Part shown: positions 46,954 through 62,814 of the stretch, one piece after another | How positions within the stretch are numbered: the first letter of the stretch is position 1 | How the letters are laid out: every line of letters begins with the position of its first letter | NCBI GenBank assembly: GCA_951406725.2 | Contig: OX597829.1 | Span: forward strand, 1,302,001 to 1,366,000 | Direction of reading: 5' to 3' | Source of the DNA: Octopus vulgaris | Taxonomy: Eukaryota | DNA length: 64,000 nucleotides | The notes under the pieces: generated by a model | Seen by the model: the letters and a program-made list of their open reading frames with translations, nothing else | Database searches by the model: none | What the model was told of the DNA's origin: nothing | Translations under genes and position numbers: made by a program

Positions 46954-47217
46954 ACTCTTTTACTCTTTTACTTGTTTCAGTCATTTGCCTGTGGCCATGC
47001 TGGAGCACCGCCTTTAGTCGAGCAGATCGACCCCAGAACTTATTCTTTGTAAGCCTAGTACTTATTCTATCGATCTCTTTTGCCAAACCGCTAAGTTACG
47101 GGGACGTAAACACACCACCTTGGGTTGTCAAGCGATGTTGGGGGGACAAACACAAACACATAAACACACACACACAAACACACAAACACGCACGCACACA
47201 GACACAGACACACACAC

Positions 47218-47282
<65 letters not shown>

Positions 47283-47443
47283 TGCGATGAGCTTCAGTTT
47301 CCGTCCACCAAATCCACACACAAGGCTTTAGTCGGCCCGAGGCTATAGTAGGAGACACTTGCCCAAGGTGTCACGCAGTGGGAATGAACCCGGAACTATG
47401 TGGCTGGTAAGCAAGCTACTTACCACACAGCCACTCCTGTGCC
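46954..47443 (-). mobile_element. SINE family A (full length)
   Basis: Reverse complement of family A. Confidence 0.85.
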
Positions 47444-47797
47444 TACTGTTTATATAAATTTTATGTATATACACTAACGAATTAATTACTCATCCATAAA
47501 TTTTGGCTGATGAAAATATATATATACTAAGAGAGAAGCGATCCCCGAAAGAACCGAATTTCGAGTCAGTTCTTACTGAAGAGACAGCGGAAATTGCGGG
47601 ATATGAGTCAGTATAATGAACTCTCGATCGGCCCTTTTCGGACGATTAAGGTCCTTGTTAGAGTACATGCTTACACTTATGTGCGTTAACTACGGCATTA
47701 GAGCATTTTAGCTCATATTTCTAGCAATGTAGGTGTTTACTTACACCCTAGTCAAATTCTCCGTTTTGGTGAAACATTGTAACATGCTGTTTATATT

Positions 47798-47851
<54 letters not shown>

Positions 47852-47865
47852 TGTCTGTACATATA

Positions 47866-47933
<68 letters not shown>

Positions 47934-47995
47934 TAAATAAATGGAGTTGAACGCAGATGCTATTCAAATTCTTTTACTTTCGATAGGCTCTCTTT

Positions 47996-48078
47996 CTTTC
48001 CTGATGAGAAGATTGCATTTTACACCGTTTATTCCTTTGGAATAAAACCAATGTTGTCTTCGAAACATATGTCGAAAG
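47996..48078 (+). ncRNA. Type I hammerhead ribozyme, canonical core, enlarged stem II
   Basis: ctttc-CTGATGA-gaaga...tcttc-GAAA-catatg-TC^gaaag. Predicted cut after 48073. Confidence 0.85.
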
Positions 48079-48270
48079 TAAAAGAATTTGAATAGCATCT
48101 GCGTTCAACTCCATTTATTTACTTATACTACAAAAATTATTGAACATTAACCGAGTGTTTCTACCTTTGAATAAGTCGCTACATCCCTGTTACTTGCGTG
48201 AATTTTGCTACCCTGGTAACTTTTTAATGAAGTTTCCTTTATTACGGTAAACAAAGGATAATTCATTCAT

Positions 48271-48365
<95 letters not shown>

Positions 48366-48455
48366 GGGAGAGTTTACGAAAAAACTAGGAGACGAAGACA
48401 GGTGGTGTACAAAACAAACAGATGTATTAGTAAAACGGTCAGGAATAGAAAAAGT

Positions 48456-48491
48456 CTTTTATGTTTCGAGCCTACGTTCTTCAACAGAAAG
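48456..48491 (-). ncRNA. Minimal hammerhead variant in a pLTR-like fragment (~48366-48506)
   Basis: Same family as 40901, with some mutations. Confidence 0.5.
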
Positions 48492-48515
48492 GGACACAGA
48501 AAAAAGATATATATA

Positions 48516-48690
48516 GGTGCGGGAGTGGCTGTGTGGTAAGAAGCTTGCTTATCAACGACATGGTTGTGGGTTCAGTCCCACTGCGTGGCACCTTGGGCAA
48601 GTGTCTTCTACTATAGCCTCAAGCCGACCAAAGCCTTGTGAGTGGATTTGGTAGACAGAAACTGAAAGAAGCCCATCGTATATATGTATA

Positions 48691-48728
<38 letters not shown>

Positions 48729-48911
48729 TGTGTCTGTGTTTGTCCCCCCCCCCCAACATCACTTGACATGCAATGCTGGTGTGTTTACGTCCCGGAAATT
48801 TAGCGGTTCGGCAAAAAGAGACCGATAGAATGAGTACTAGGCTTATGAAAGATCAATCCTGGGGTCGATTTGCTCGACTAAAAGTGTCAATTGACTGAAA
48901 CAAGTAAAAGA
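48516..48911 (+). mobile_element. SINE family A
   Basis: Head, body and tail match family A. Confidence 0.85.
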
Positions 48912-49031
48912 ATATATACATATATATATATATTTGTATATGTATATGTATATATATATATATACATACATACAAACATACATACATATATACATACATA
49001 CATACATACATACATACATACACACACATAA

Positions 49032-49062
<31 letters not shown>

Positions 49063-49878
49063 CATACATACATACATACATACATACATACACACACACA
49101 CATACATTCATTCATACATACATACATACATACATACATACATACATACATACATACATACATACATACATACATACATACATACATGCATGCATGCATG
49201 TATAATGCATACATGTATTGAGAACATATTCCATGTGTATGGTATAGCTTCTGACAGTGCTTCATTGAAAACAGATTCTGGGAAAACAATGAATTGTTAC
49301 TGTTTCCAATTCCGTGCAACCAAAGCGCTTGAAATGTTACAGACCGGACCGCTGGTTCTAATCCCACAAAAGCGAATGCGTTTTGTTTACTTATATGGAT
49401 GAGGCTTTACACTTTTTGGTTGGTGTGTGTGTTTTTATGCAGCCTCCCTCTCAATTCAGCTTAGCATTTAATCTTTATAAAAATAGATGCAGTAGAAGGG
49501 AGTAATATAAAGACAGGAGACAAAATGTCTGATTGGATTCCATGTGTATTGGATTTTGGATCACGAGTTCTAAAATCCTGTTTCGATGTTACTTAGTACT
49601 ATAAGGCACTCTGGCTTCCATCTTGTACTAAGCCATCTCCTCGTGTTATTTCGTTTGTTTAACAAATACTGTCTATGTAGGCAATGTACGCTCAACAGCA
49701 TTCATTATACATCACCGCTGGACACTATAGCATAGATAGTTTAGTATTGGAGCCTTAGATTTGTGGGCCTAAGAAGAACTAAGCAATATATTAATGACTC
49801 CAGACAGGACTGTATTTACGACCACTTAATATAATGTAACTATTTTTGAAGCGGTAATGTGTGTAGTGCAAGAGATGT

Positions 49879-50177
49879 GGAGGCACATGGCCTAGTGGTT
49901 AGAGCAGCGGACTCGCGGTCGAGGGATCGCGGGTTCCAATCTCAGACCGGACGATGTGTGTGTTTATGAGCGAAACACCTAAGCTCCACTCGGCTCCGGC
50001 AGAAGGTAATGGCGAAACTTCTGCTGACACTTTCGCCACAACTTTCTTTCACTCTTTCCTCCTGCATCTTGCAGCTCACCTGCGATGGACCGGCGTCTCG
50101 TCCAGGTGAGGAACCTATACGCCAAGGAAACCGGGAAACCGGCCCTTATGAGCCAGGTATGGCTCGAGAAGGAACAA
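49879..50177 (+). mobile_element. SINE family C
   Basis: Matches 9333; flanked by the direct repeat gtgcaagagatgt (probable TSD). Confidence 0.85.
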
Positions 50178-50664
50178 ACGACAACAATGTGCAAGAGATG
50201 TAGCTGCTATAGCTAGCAGATCGAGAGACCACATACATCCTCCCTGCATTTTGATACGTTTTTATTTTAATGCGTCCCTTTCATTTGATATAAAATTTTC
50301 TGGGAGTAACGGTAAATCAATACGATTGACTATCCACGGGTTAATAAATCTACAATTAATATTTTATATTAAATTAAGATATTAGGGCAACACTTTCGAT
50401 ATTATTCGAGAAACGCATTCTCATATTTAGTTTGTACTGTTTTCGTCTCCTGTCAGCGATGATTTGGTGAATCCAACTGACATTAAAATACTTTATCTTA
50501 TCGAGTTGGCATCAGCAGAGTTAATCTAAAAACTCATAATTAATTGATTATGTATATCACCTTAACTTCAGCTGGATGGATGTATCTCGAAAGCTGATTC
50601 ATTTTGTGAGCGTATTTATCAAGCTTTTTGCATCCATCAAGGGAAACTCTATTATATCTATCTT

Positions 50665-50760
<96 letters not shown>

Positions 50761-50781
50761 CATACATACACACACACACAT

Positions 50782-50870
<89 letters not shown>

Positions 50871-51106
50871 CATTATATGTTCATAAATCAATTCACTTAG
50901 TTCGTTTTCTCAATGCGACTGGCAATTCTTGAAGTGAATCACTAGTATTGTTACGAGTAGATCTGGTTGAAGAGAATCGAGTGCCTTTGGGCGCTAAATT
51001 CGAAGTCATAACACCAGGTTAACTAGCATTCCTTCTTCCACTTTTACAGAGGTAAGACACAAGACACAATCTTTATTCACTTAGTTTATTCACTTCTTAG
51101 AGTCCT

Positions 51107-51192
<86 letters not shown>

Positions 51193-51564
51193 ATTTTGCC
51201 TATACGGATTTATGCTTGCACCCACTAATATTATTATTCTCTGAGCGCCTTATTACTATTTTCTACCACAAGCTCACGTTGTTGTGTTTTCCTTGTGTTT
51301 TCCTTGTGTTTTCCTTGTGTGTGTTATGCTATCGTCTATTTTTCCGTTGTGTTTGTTGTTTTCCGTTTGTGCTCTTACTGTTCTACCTTTGATTTATCCA
51401 CGAAGCGCACCTTCCAACCTGTTGTTTACTTTGTTAAATACTATATATACACACATACATACATACATATATATATACATATACATATATATACATATAT
51501 ATATACAGATATATACATATACATATATATACATATACATATATATACATATATATACATATAC

Positions 51565-51667
<103 letters not shown>

Positions 51668-51763
51668 TTTTAGTAGAAGAAATAGCTATAACTCTTTGAC
51701 TGCTATTTCTAAATTCGGTATGTGGTAAGGCAATTCGTTGCTAAACCCTTTATTGCTTAGTAT

Positions 51764-51801
<38 letters not shown>

Positions 51802-51890
51802 AGAATTAGAAATAAAAAAGAAGAGACGAAGATAGGTGGTATAGACAACAAAACGATGTATTAGTATAAGAGTATAAGAAGTGAAAAAGT

Positions 51891-51926
51891 CTTTAACGTT
51901 TCGAGCCTACGCTCTTCCACAGAAAG
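51891..51926 (-). ncRNA. Minimal hammerhead variant in a pLTR-like fragment (~51799-51977)
   Basis: cttt-CTGTGGA-a-gagc gtag gctc-GAAA-cg-TT-aaag. Confidence 0.55.
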
Positions 51927-51988
51927 GAACACAGAAAAAAACAAGGAGAGAATGTGTAGTGGTTAGCGATCTATCATTGTGAATATAT

Positions 51989-52126
51989 TCTTTTATTCTT
52001 TTACTTGTTTCAGTCATTTGACTGCGGCCATGTTGGAGCATGGCCTTTACTCGAACAAATCGACCCCAGCGCTTATTCTTTGTAAGCTTGGTTTCAAGCA
52101 ATGGTGGGGAACAAACACAGACACAG

Positions 52127-52186
<60 letters not shown>

Positions 52187-52342
52187 GTACGACGGGCTTC
52201 TTCCAGTCTCCGTCTACCAACTCCACTCACAAGGTTTGGTCGGTCCGAGGCTATAGGAGAAGATATTTTCCCAGGGTGCTACATAGTGGGACTAAAACAG
52301 GGAAACATGTGGTTGGCAAGCAAGCTTCTTACCACACAGCCT
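51989..52342 (-). mobile_element. SINE family A (internally deleted)
   Basis: Reverse complement of family A. Confidence 0.75.
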
Positions 52343-52367
52343 CTCAATATATATATATATATGTATG

Positions 52368-52438
<71 letters not shown>

Positions 52439-52535
52439 GGGAAGCTTTATGAAAATAAACAAAAGACGAAGGCAGGTGGAAAACAAACGAACAATTGTAT
52501 TAGTATGGCGCTCAGGAAATATAAATAAAACAAGT

Positions 52536-52571
52536 CTTTAACGTTTCGAGCCTACGCTCTTCAACAGAAAG
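52536..52571 (-). ncRNA. Minimal hammerhead variant in a pLTR-like fragment (~52438-52612)
   Basis: cttt-CTGTTGA-a-gagc gtag gctc-GAAA-cg-TT-aaag. Confidence 0.55.
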
Positions 52572-52867
52572 ATACACAGAGAGAGAAAACACAGAAAGAA
52601 GGAGAGAAAAAAAATATATATATATAAGTAGTTGAATGAATTATCCTAGTATGGATAATTCGGTTAACCGATACCCGGGTAGCAAATTCACGTCAGAAAA
52701 CACGGGTGAAGCTACATGCCAAGGGCAGAGATCACGTGCTTTCGTGTGGAAATTTGTGTTTTTTTTTACTATAAATAAATAAAGAATGCCCACACGGAGT
52801 CCATAGTGATAATGGGACAGTCATCCAAAAGTTTTTGTTCGTCATGATGCTGACATAAGTTTCTTGT

Positions 52868-52950
52868 CTTTCCTGATGAGAAGGCGGCATAATGCACCCT
52901 TTATTCCTTCGGAATTAGGAATATGCAGTCTTCGAAACCTATGTCGAGAA
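52868..52950 (+). ncRNA. Type I hammerhead ribozyme (family of 39606 and 47996)
   Basis: ctttc-CTGATGA-gaaggc...gtcttc-GAAA-cctatg-TC^gagaa. Confidence 0.75.
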
Positions 52951-53163
52951 TAAATAAATTTTGTTAAATCGTCGTTCAACTCCATTCTTTCATTCATATA
53001 TATATATAAATACTTTATTTTAAGCAGCAGAAAATAAAGCATATTACTATACCACTGGTATTTGAGTACTTTTTTTTCCACCTTTTTGATTTTGTTATAA
53101 TAAACAGTTTTACATTAAATTGAAGGATTACTCTATTCATTTGGTTGAGACCAAATATGCTAT

Positions 53164-53301
53164 TCTTTTATAAGAATGATATTAACAGTGACTCCGAAAT
53201 TTCGGCCAGCTAAGTTATTATCGGAAGGGTTTAGCGGGCCATGATGATGGCGTAGGTGGCCGAAACTTCGAAGTCACTGTCAATACTATTTTAGTTAAAG
53301 A
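53164..53301. repeat. Imperfect inverted repeat enclosing a decayed hammerhead
   Basis: 53164-53208 pairs with 53257-53301; ATGATGA...ggcc-GAAA-cttcgaag-TC. Confidence 0.6.
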
Positions 53302-53332
53302 CTACTACTACTAACACTACCACTACTACTAC

Positions 53333-55348
<2,016 letters not shown>

Positions 55349-55356
55349 ATGTTACT

Positions 55357-55481
55357 GACCCTGAAAGGATAAAAGACAAGGTCGACTACGGCGGAATTTG
55401 AACTCAGAACGTCAAGAAAGACGAAATAATGCAGCTAAGCATTTTGCTGGCGGCATTCTAACAATTCTGCCATCTCGCCAG
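55357..55481 (-). mobile_element. SINE family B 5' part
   Basis: gaccctgaaaggataaaagacaaggtcgac...ggaatttgaactcagaac. Confidence 0.65.
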
Positions 55482-56398
55482 GCGCTTGTATCCTGTTAAC
55501 ACTCCAAGAGACTACGTTTATCGAGTCATTATCTAATCTAAATGTTGAGTGTATATCCAACCAGTCGACAGAAAAATGATGTTTACCAGTCCATTCAACA
55601 TTGCCCCCCCCCTTTAGGCTACGACTCATACTCAGTATACGCATCCATTGATTGTTCCTCACCAGCCGCCATATTGAGATTATACGACGGTATGGCCTAT
55701 CAAACTCTCATCTGCAGATTCTCAATCTAATTTTTTAAAATAAATTTCTTCTTCTTTTTTTTTTACCAAACAATAATCTTAGAATTGATGAAACTAGCAT
55801 AACTAAGAAATATAAACAATTTACACGAGTCGTTCTAAGAATGAGCTGTATATCAGGAAAGAGTCTAAACAGATTCGTTTTGTAATTTTGTTTTTTACTG
55901 ATATCTTTCTTTATTCATTTATTTATCTACTTATCCAGTTGTTATTTATCGTGTTCGATGAAACCTTTTTCTTTTTTATACATAAATATATTTATCATTT
56001 ATTTATTTATTATTTATTTTTATTTTTTGTCTAATAACAGAATACGTAGAAATGTATGTCAGCGTAATCTAAGTGTCAAATCATTGGAATTCGGAGGAAG
56101 CATGTTTTATCTTAACTCCTGTCGTTGAAAAGTTCAACTTGACTGTTATGTTGAGTGTCGAGTTTCACACGACCTTTAACAGGCTCGGTTTAGGTTAACA
56201 TTCAACGTAAGGTCTTCAAGAGGTCAGAAAGACAATTTAGTTTTACTTTCATACCAGTTGCTGAAATTCATTAGAAAAAAATATGGAAAATATGCTCATT
56301 TTAGAAAATTTTTTAAAATACACACAGGCAAACGCGCGCGCAGGCATACACCCATATACACATACACACACATAGATAGGTAGACTGATACATATATA

Positions 56399-56453
<55 letters not shown>

Positions 56454-56695
56454 TTATATAGAGAGAGACATATTTATACACATATTTTCTTATACATACA
56501 TGTACTTATATACATATATATATATATATTTATATATGTGTGTGTGTACAATATATATTTGTATATATATCATATATATGTGTATATATATATATAAATA
56601 TATATATATATACTTATATACATGTGTGTCTGTGTATGTATAATCACACATATAAATATACACACACGCAACACGCTTACACACAAAAGTGTATA

Positions 56696-56756
<61 letters not shown>

Positions 56757-56937
56757 GGGAATACGCTGGAGGAACTAAAAGCCCTTTCAAGTTCCGACTA
56801 AATAATCTCATGTTTTCTTTTAGTGTTACAAAGAAGTGCAACGTTGCATCTTAGTTAAACGACGTTTAAGGAAGAGGGAACGATACTCAGGAGTAAAATG
56901 AAAGCTCCTGGAACAGCGTGGACCATATCTCAACCGA

Positions 56938-57226
56938 ATAATTCACCTCTGGAAACATGTTCCATTTCATTCAACATCCTTACACAACCGTTATTTAGGG
57001 ACCTTTTGAACGGGATGAGCTACTCGACCCGAAGGAAATTCTAACTGGTCCCCTCATGCAAGGTCATGCGCTATTTATCTTGCTATGTGATCACCATGTC
57101 GCGCACATATGGTTGTGATGCATGTGCCTGGTGTACCCTTATCAGATGGGTAGTCATGATGGGCATACTGGGCTTCGTATATTTTACCCCAGTGTCACTT
57201 TGATGGCATGAACTGCTCTCTCACTC
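56938..57226. mobile_element. Partial copy of the (TAA)n-associated element
   Basis: High similarity to ~53697-53974. Confidence 0.7.
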
Positions 57227-57251
57227 AATAATAATAATAATAATAATAATA

Positions 57252-57323
<72 letters not shown>

Positions 57324-57328
57324 GTGAC

Positions 57329-57382
<54 letters not shown>

Positions 57383-57391
57383 AATAATATT

Positions 57392-58672
57392 TGAAGCAGA
57401 TGGAATCAAACACCACGACATGAAGGAACAGACAAAAAGAGGATACCTGCGGTGAGTGAGGAAATACTGGCTTCAAAGCTGAATTCCAGAAACATAATTT
57501 CGGCAAGAAACTCGCGCACAGTCGCAGTAGTTCGGTATGGCGCTGGAATCCTGAAGTGGACAGAAGAGGAGCTAAAGGAGGTGAACAGGTAGTCAAGAAA
57601 GCTCCTAACGATGCATGGATCCCACCATCCACGTGCAGACACTGATCGCCTTTACATGAAGAGAGCAACTGGAGAAAGAGGACTGCTAAGACTGCGTGCG
57701 TATCGAACTCGAGAGCTTAATGAGACACCTAGCCCAAAAGTAAGGAAACCTTGCTAGTGACAGTTAGGAACAAGGGAGTATTAAGAGCAGAGAAAAAAGG
57801 GACCACAAAGGAAGAAGTACAAAAAGGACACGACAAAGAATTACGCAACAAGGAACTACAATCAATTCCATGTAGCCGCAACAGAAGTTGCTGGAAAACA
57901 TAGGCGGGATTGGCTGATGAAAGGAACCCTAAAAAAGAGACCGAGAGCGGCGCAGGACCAAGCTCTGGCCACTACTTTGAAAGGACAACCTGGGGAATGA
58001 GTATTTATCCCCGCAGTGCCGCATCTGCAATAGAGTGGAGGAAATCATTGCCCATATCACGAACGAATGCATTAGACTTGCCCAAACTAATACAAGTTGT
58101 GGCAACACGACCAGGTAGCGAAGTGCAACACTGAAAACTGTACTAAAAGTGGGGGCTAGAGAGAGGCAAGACATGGTATGAGAACAAACTGCAGAGTAGC
58201 GGAATCGGAGACTAGCAACATCCTCTGGGATTTCCCAATCCAAACAGATCAGCTGTTAAAGCATAACAGCTGGGACCTAGTGCTGATCGATAAGTTGCAC
58301 CACATGTGCTATGTAGTTGATGATGCAAGCCCTTCTGACCCACGAATAGTCAAGAAGGAAGACGAAAAGATAGACAGATACAACACTCTTAAGTATGAAA
58401 AAGCCCGGCTATAGAAAATGAAGACGGTGAAGATAGTGCCAATTATTTTTGGGTCCTTGGGAACAATATCAGAAGGCATCAAGAGGAATTTAAAGGAAAT
58501 TGGAACAGAGTGCCCAGTAGAATCGTTACAAAAGATTTGTTTTCTTGGCACGGCCAGAGTAATTAGGAAGGTACTAAATATTTGAAAAAACGAATAGCAT
58601 GGTACCGTAGGCTGTAGGTAGTAAGCCTGCTACGCATCAGGACTCCAGGAGCTCCAACGAACCTGTGATAAA
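57392..58672 (+). mobile_element. R4/Dong-like non-LTR retrotransposon, 5'-truncated and decayed
   Basis: RYGAGILKWT, HHPRADTDRLY, ILWDFPIQTD...DLVLID REL domain. Flanked by (GAT/AAT)n tracts. Confidence 0.85.
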
Positions 58673-58717
58673 GAGAAAATAATGATAATGAAAATAATAA
58701 CAACAACAACAACAACA

Positions 58718-58766
<49 letters not shown>

Positions 58767-59399
58767 TGATATTAATAAAAGTCCCTCCTCCACACACAGA
58801 GACAAATACAGGCTTGGTGGTGCAAACAGTAAATTAGACCTCAAAATATGAAATATTTATTGTGTGTGTGTGCACTTGTGTGTTTGCGTGTATGTACCTA
58901 TGTATGCAACTACACACACATATATACGTATATATGTATATGCGCGTGACTTTGTGTCTCTTTGTCCCCTTTGTATTTAATTCCTATGTAATCCTAACGT
59001 AGTTTTCCTTCAAAAGATGGAATAGATTTCCACTAAAATGCCGGTTGCGGAATGCCTGCATAGAAGGGCACTAAATGCGCACCTATTTTTGAAACAGCTG
59101 TAAGAAAACCTCTGCACCTTTTCCCGTTCTGCTCAGCCAGATCTGGATTATACCCACGATGACCTACTTTAATCTAATATCTAATATTAATAATACAGTC
59201 ATATAACTATTCCTGGACAATACCAGCTTATATTACAATTCATATAAACATTTTATAGCCGAGCCTTTATTGATCTCCTCTTACTTAAACTCCCCCAAAA
59301 ATGACATTATTTTCTACTTTCAAGATGTATAAATATAAAAATATGTAAATTTCGTAATGTGATCAGACGCTAGTTGTTATTCTCTATTTTCATACTAGT

Positions 59400-59816
<417 letters not shown>

Positions 59817-59923
59817 AGTTTATATAAATAAGGATAAGATCGATGTTTAGATACCGATCTTATCAGGTGGCCAGCATGGGAATAAAAACCTTCAAAGGTA
59901 ATAATTATTATTTAAAATTATAA

Positions 59924-60064
59924 TTTAGGGTATCTAGGAGATGCTACCACACTGGAAATAGCAGACAAAACTTGACTCTAAAGCGATTTGACTCTAAATG
60001 TGGTTTTAAAGTCAAGTTTTCACTGCTATTTCTAGCGTTGGTGGTATCTCTTAGATACCCTAAA
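59924..60064. repeat. Fold-back (MITE-like) inverted repeat
   Basis: tttagggtatcta...aaaacttgact / agtcaagtttt...tagataccctaaa. Confidence 0.75.
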
Positions 60065-60310
60065 AATTTTAAATAGTTATATATATATATATATAATGTA
60101 TGTTAGAATAAGGGAGATAAGTTGTTAAAACGTCTCCGATACCTCTTTACTTATATCTTCAGATAACCGTTGAAGCCGTTAGTTATGGTTCAATATCCAA
60201 CACGACTCCCATCTCTTTCTCACACGGACACCAATATGAATGACTTAGATCCAATTTTTTCTGCTATATTCCTTTTTTAGGTTCCTTGTATTATGTCTTC
60301 TTTCTTTTCA

Positions 60311-60814
60311 GCACTGAAGAGCACTCTCTCTTTTACTCTTTTACTTGTTTCAGTCACTTGACTGCGGCCATGCTGGAGCACCGCATTTAGTCGAGCAAAT
60401 CGACCCCGGAACTTATTCTTTGAAAAGCCCAGTACTTATTCTATCGGTCTCTTTTGCCGAACCGCTAGATGGTTGACGGGGACGTAAACACACCAGCATC
60501 GGGTGTCAAGCAATGCTAGGGAGACAAACACAGACACACAAACACACATACATTTACATATATATACATATATACGACAGGCTTCTTTCAATTTCCGTCT
60601 ACCAAATCTACTCACAAGGCATCGGTCGGCCCGGGGCTATAGCAGAAGACACTTGCCCAAGATAACACGCAGTGGGACTGAACCCGGAACCATGTGGTTG
60701 GTTAGCAAGCTACTTACCACACAGCCACCCTGCACGTTGATATTTAATTAATTTAATTTAATTCAATCATGGATTTATATTATTATTATATCTATGTACG
60801 AAACGATCGTCTGC
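60311..60814 (+). ncRNA. Type I hammerhead split by a SINE insertion
   Basis: gca-CTGAAGA-gcac [SINE] ...gtac-GAAA-cgatcg-TC^tgc. Confidence 0.55.
60325..60731 (-). mobile_element. SINE family A
   Basis: Reverse complement of family A. Confidence 0.85.
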
Positions 60815-61033
60815 AAAAATTAAATTTCTTATAAATTTTAACAACTTCCCTTCTCTATTTTAAATAAAATTGACGGGATTTACGGAAATTCATTCCATAA
60901 ATTTACCATACTACTTTCATATCTTCGCAAAAAGGACGAATCCACATTCAACCTTTATACACCTATATTACTATTATACAGATATAATTATAGATATACG
61001 TGTGTGTGCGCGCGTGCGCGTGTGCATATATAT

Positions 61034-61260
61034 ACTCTTTTACTTGTTTCAGTCATTTGACTGTGGCCATGCTGGAGCACCACCTTTAGTCCAGCAAATC
61101 GACCCCAGGATTTATTCTTTGTAAGCCTAGTACTTATTCTATCGGCCTCTTTTGCCGAACCACTAAGTTACAGGGACGTAAACACACCAGCATTGGTTGT
61201 CAAGTGATGTTGGGGAGGGACAAACACAGACACACAAACATACATACACACATACATACA

Positions 61261-61331
<71 letters not shown>

Positions 61332-61493
61332 GAAGGGCTTCTTTCAGTTTCCGTCTACCAAACCCACTCACAAGGCTTTGGTCGGCCCGAGGCTATAGTA
61401 GAAGACACTTGCTCAAGGTGCCACGCAGTGGGACTGAACCCGGAACCATGTGGTTTGTAAGCAAGCTACTTACCACCCAGCCACTCCTACGCC
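61034..61493 (-). mobile_element. SINE family A (full length)
   Basis: Reverse complement of family A. Confidence 0.85.
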
Positions 61494-62194
61494 TATATGT
61501 ATGTTTATAAATTGGTATACGAGTGTCTGTGTGTGTGTGTGTGTGTGTGTGTCTCTGTGTGTGTGTGTGTTCGTAATGAGATCATTTGTCTAAATACTTA
61601 CCTATCTTTTTCATCTCGTCTGTCAAAACAGTCAAACATTAAAACGAAATTGCAAAGCAACTTCATATTGTCTCTCATAGCATTCTGACATTTTTGATAC
61701 TTTTTGATATCTCGTCATTTAGTTAATAATATCATTTTCTTCCTCTGCTCTAATTAATTTCTAATTGCTCAATTGCTACTTATTTTGTGCTAAAACCTTG
61801 AATATAGCAGTAGAGAATTTACTGATTATATGATCGTATACTGAGAGACGAATCGTATTTTTGGTGGGTGGGGGTAGTTTTCATGTCAGTTTCTCCGACC
61901 AGTCTCGCATTTTTCTTAATTGGCGGATAAGCTGTAACGATTCAGTTTGAGTAGATTTGCTTTCTTAAAGGCATGTCCTAATTCTTTCTTTCCTAGATTG
62001 CATCACAGACCGTCGCCCATGGTTAACACGATTTTAGGATATTATCTGTTTAGAATATCAACTAAAAGTGGGTCCATAAATTAGAAAATTACTATTTGTA
62101 AATCTCACAACGAGAGATATTCAGCAACAGTACTTTGGAGTAAAGTTTATTTGCCAACATCACATGGCAATCCTGGTTTAGGACGAATGTTACC

Positions 62195-62257
62195 GAACAA
62201 TTATTATGTGCTGATGAAGGGAAATAACCCGGAAATCGCGATACACAAATATTGTTC
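62195..62257 (+). ncRNA. Type I hammerhead ribozyme, canonical core
   Basis: gaacaattattatgtg-CTGATGA-aggg aaataa cccg-GAAA-tcgcga-TA^cacaaatattgttc. Predicted cut after 62243. Confidence 0.85.
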
Positions 62258-62814
62258 TGTGCTGAGTGAGGGTGTTAAATTCCATTGTTCTAAAATATAA
62301 GGACACAGATGTCTCCTGGGGCTAAATTACAGCAACATTCGTCCTAAACCAGGACTGCCATGTTATGTTGGCATATAATCTTTACTCCAAAAGTGGGTCA
62401 TCTCCGGAGCGTCTTCTGTCGTTATTTCATATGATTTTTGTTGAATGAAGTGTATTTTTTTTATTCACTCCGTCTTTCTTGGTCTTGGTTTCCAACCTGC
62501 CAAGGCCAACTTCTCAATTTACTGAGATCTATAGCTTTAATTTAGTTTTGTTAACTTCTCGAGTTTGCAAGAAGCTGGATTATCCTTATCTTATACAGTT
62601 CTTTCTAGATCGGTCAGATTGATGCCATTAATGCTCCTCTTAAAAACATTTGCAAGTCAATAACTGTAAAAAAGACATGAGCATGGAGGAAACACCAGAA
62701 AGACGACCTTCTCCTCTGGATGGGAGGAAAGATTGAGAATAGAAATTAGTGCGGTAGCAAGGGTGATGACGGGAGAAGAGACAAGCCTGTCAACAATATC
62801 TCGAGTTGGGTGAC

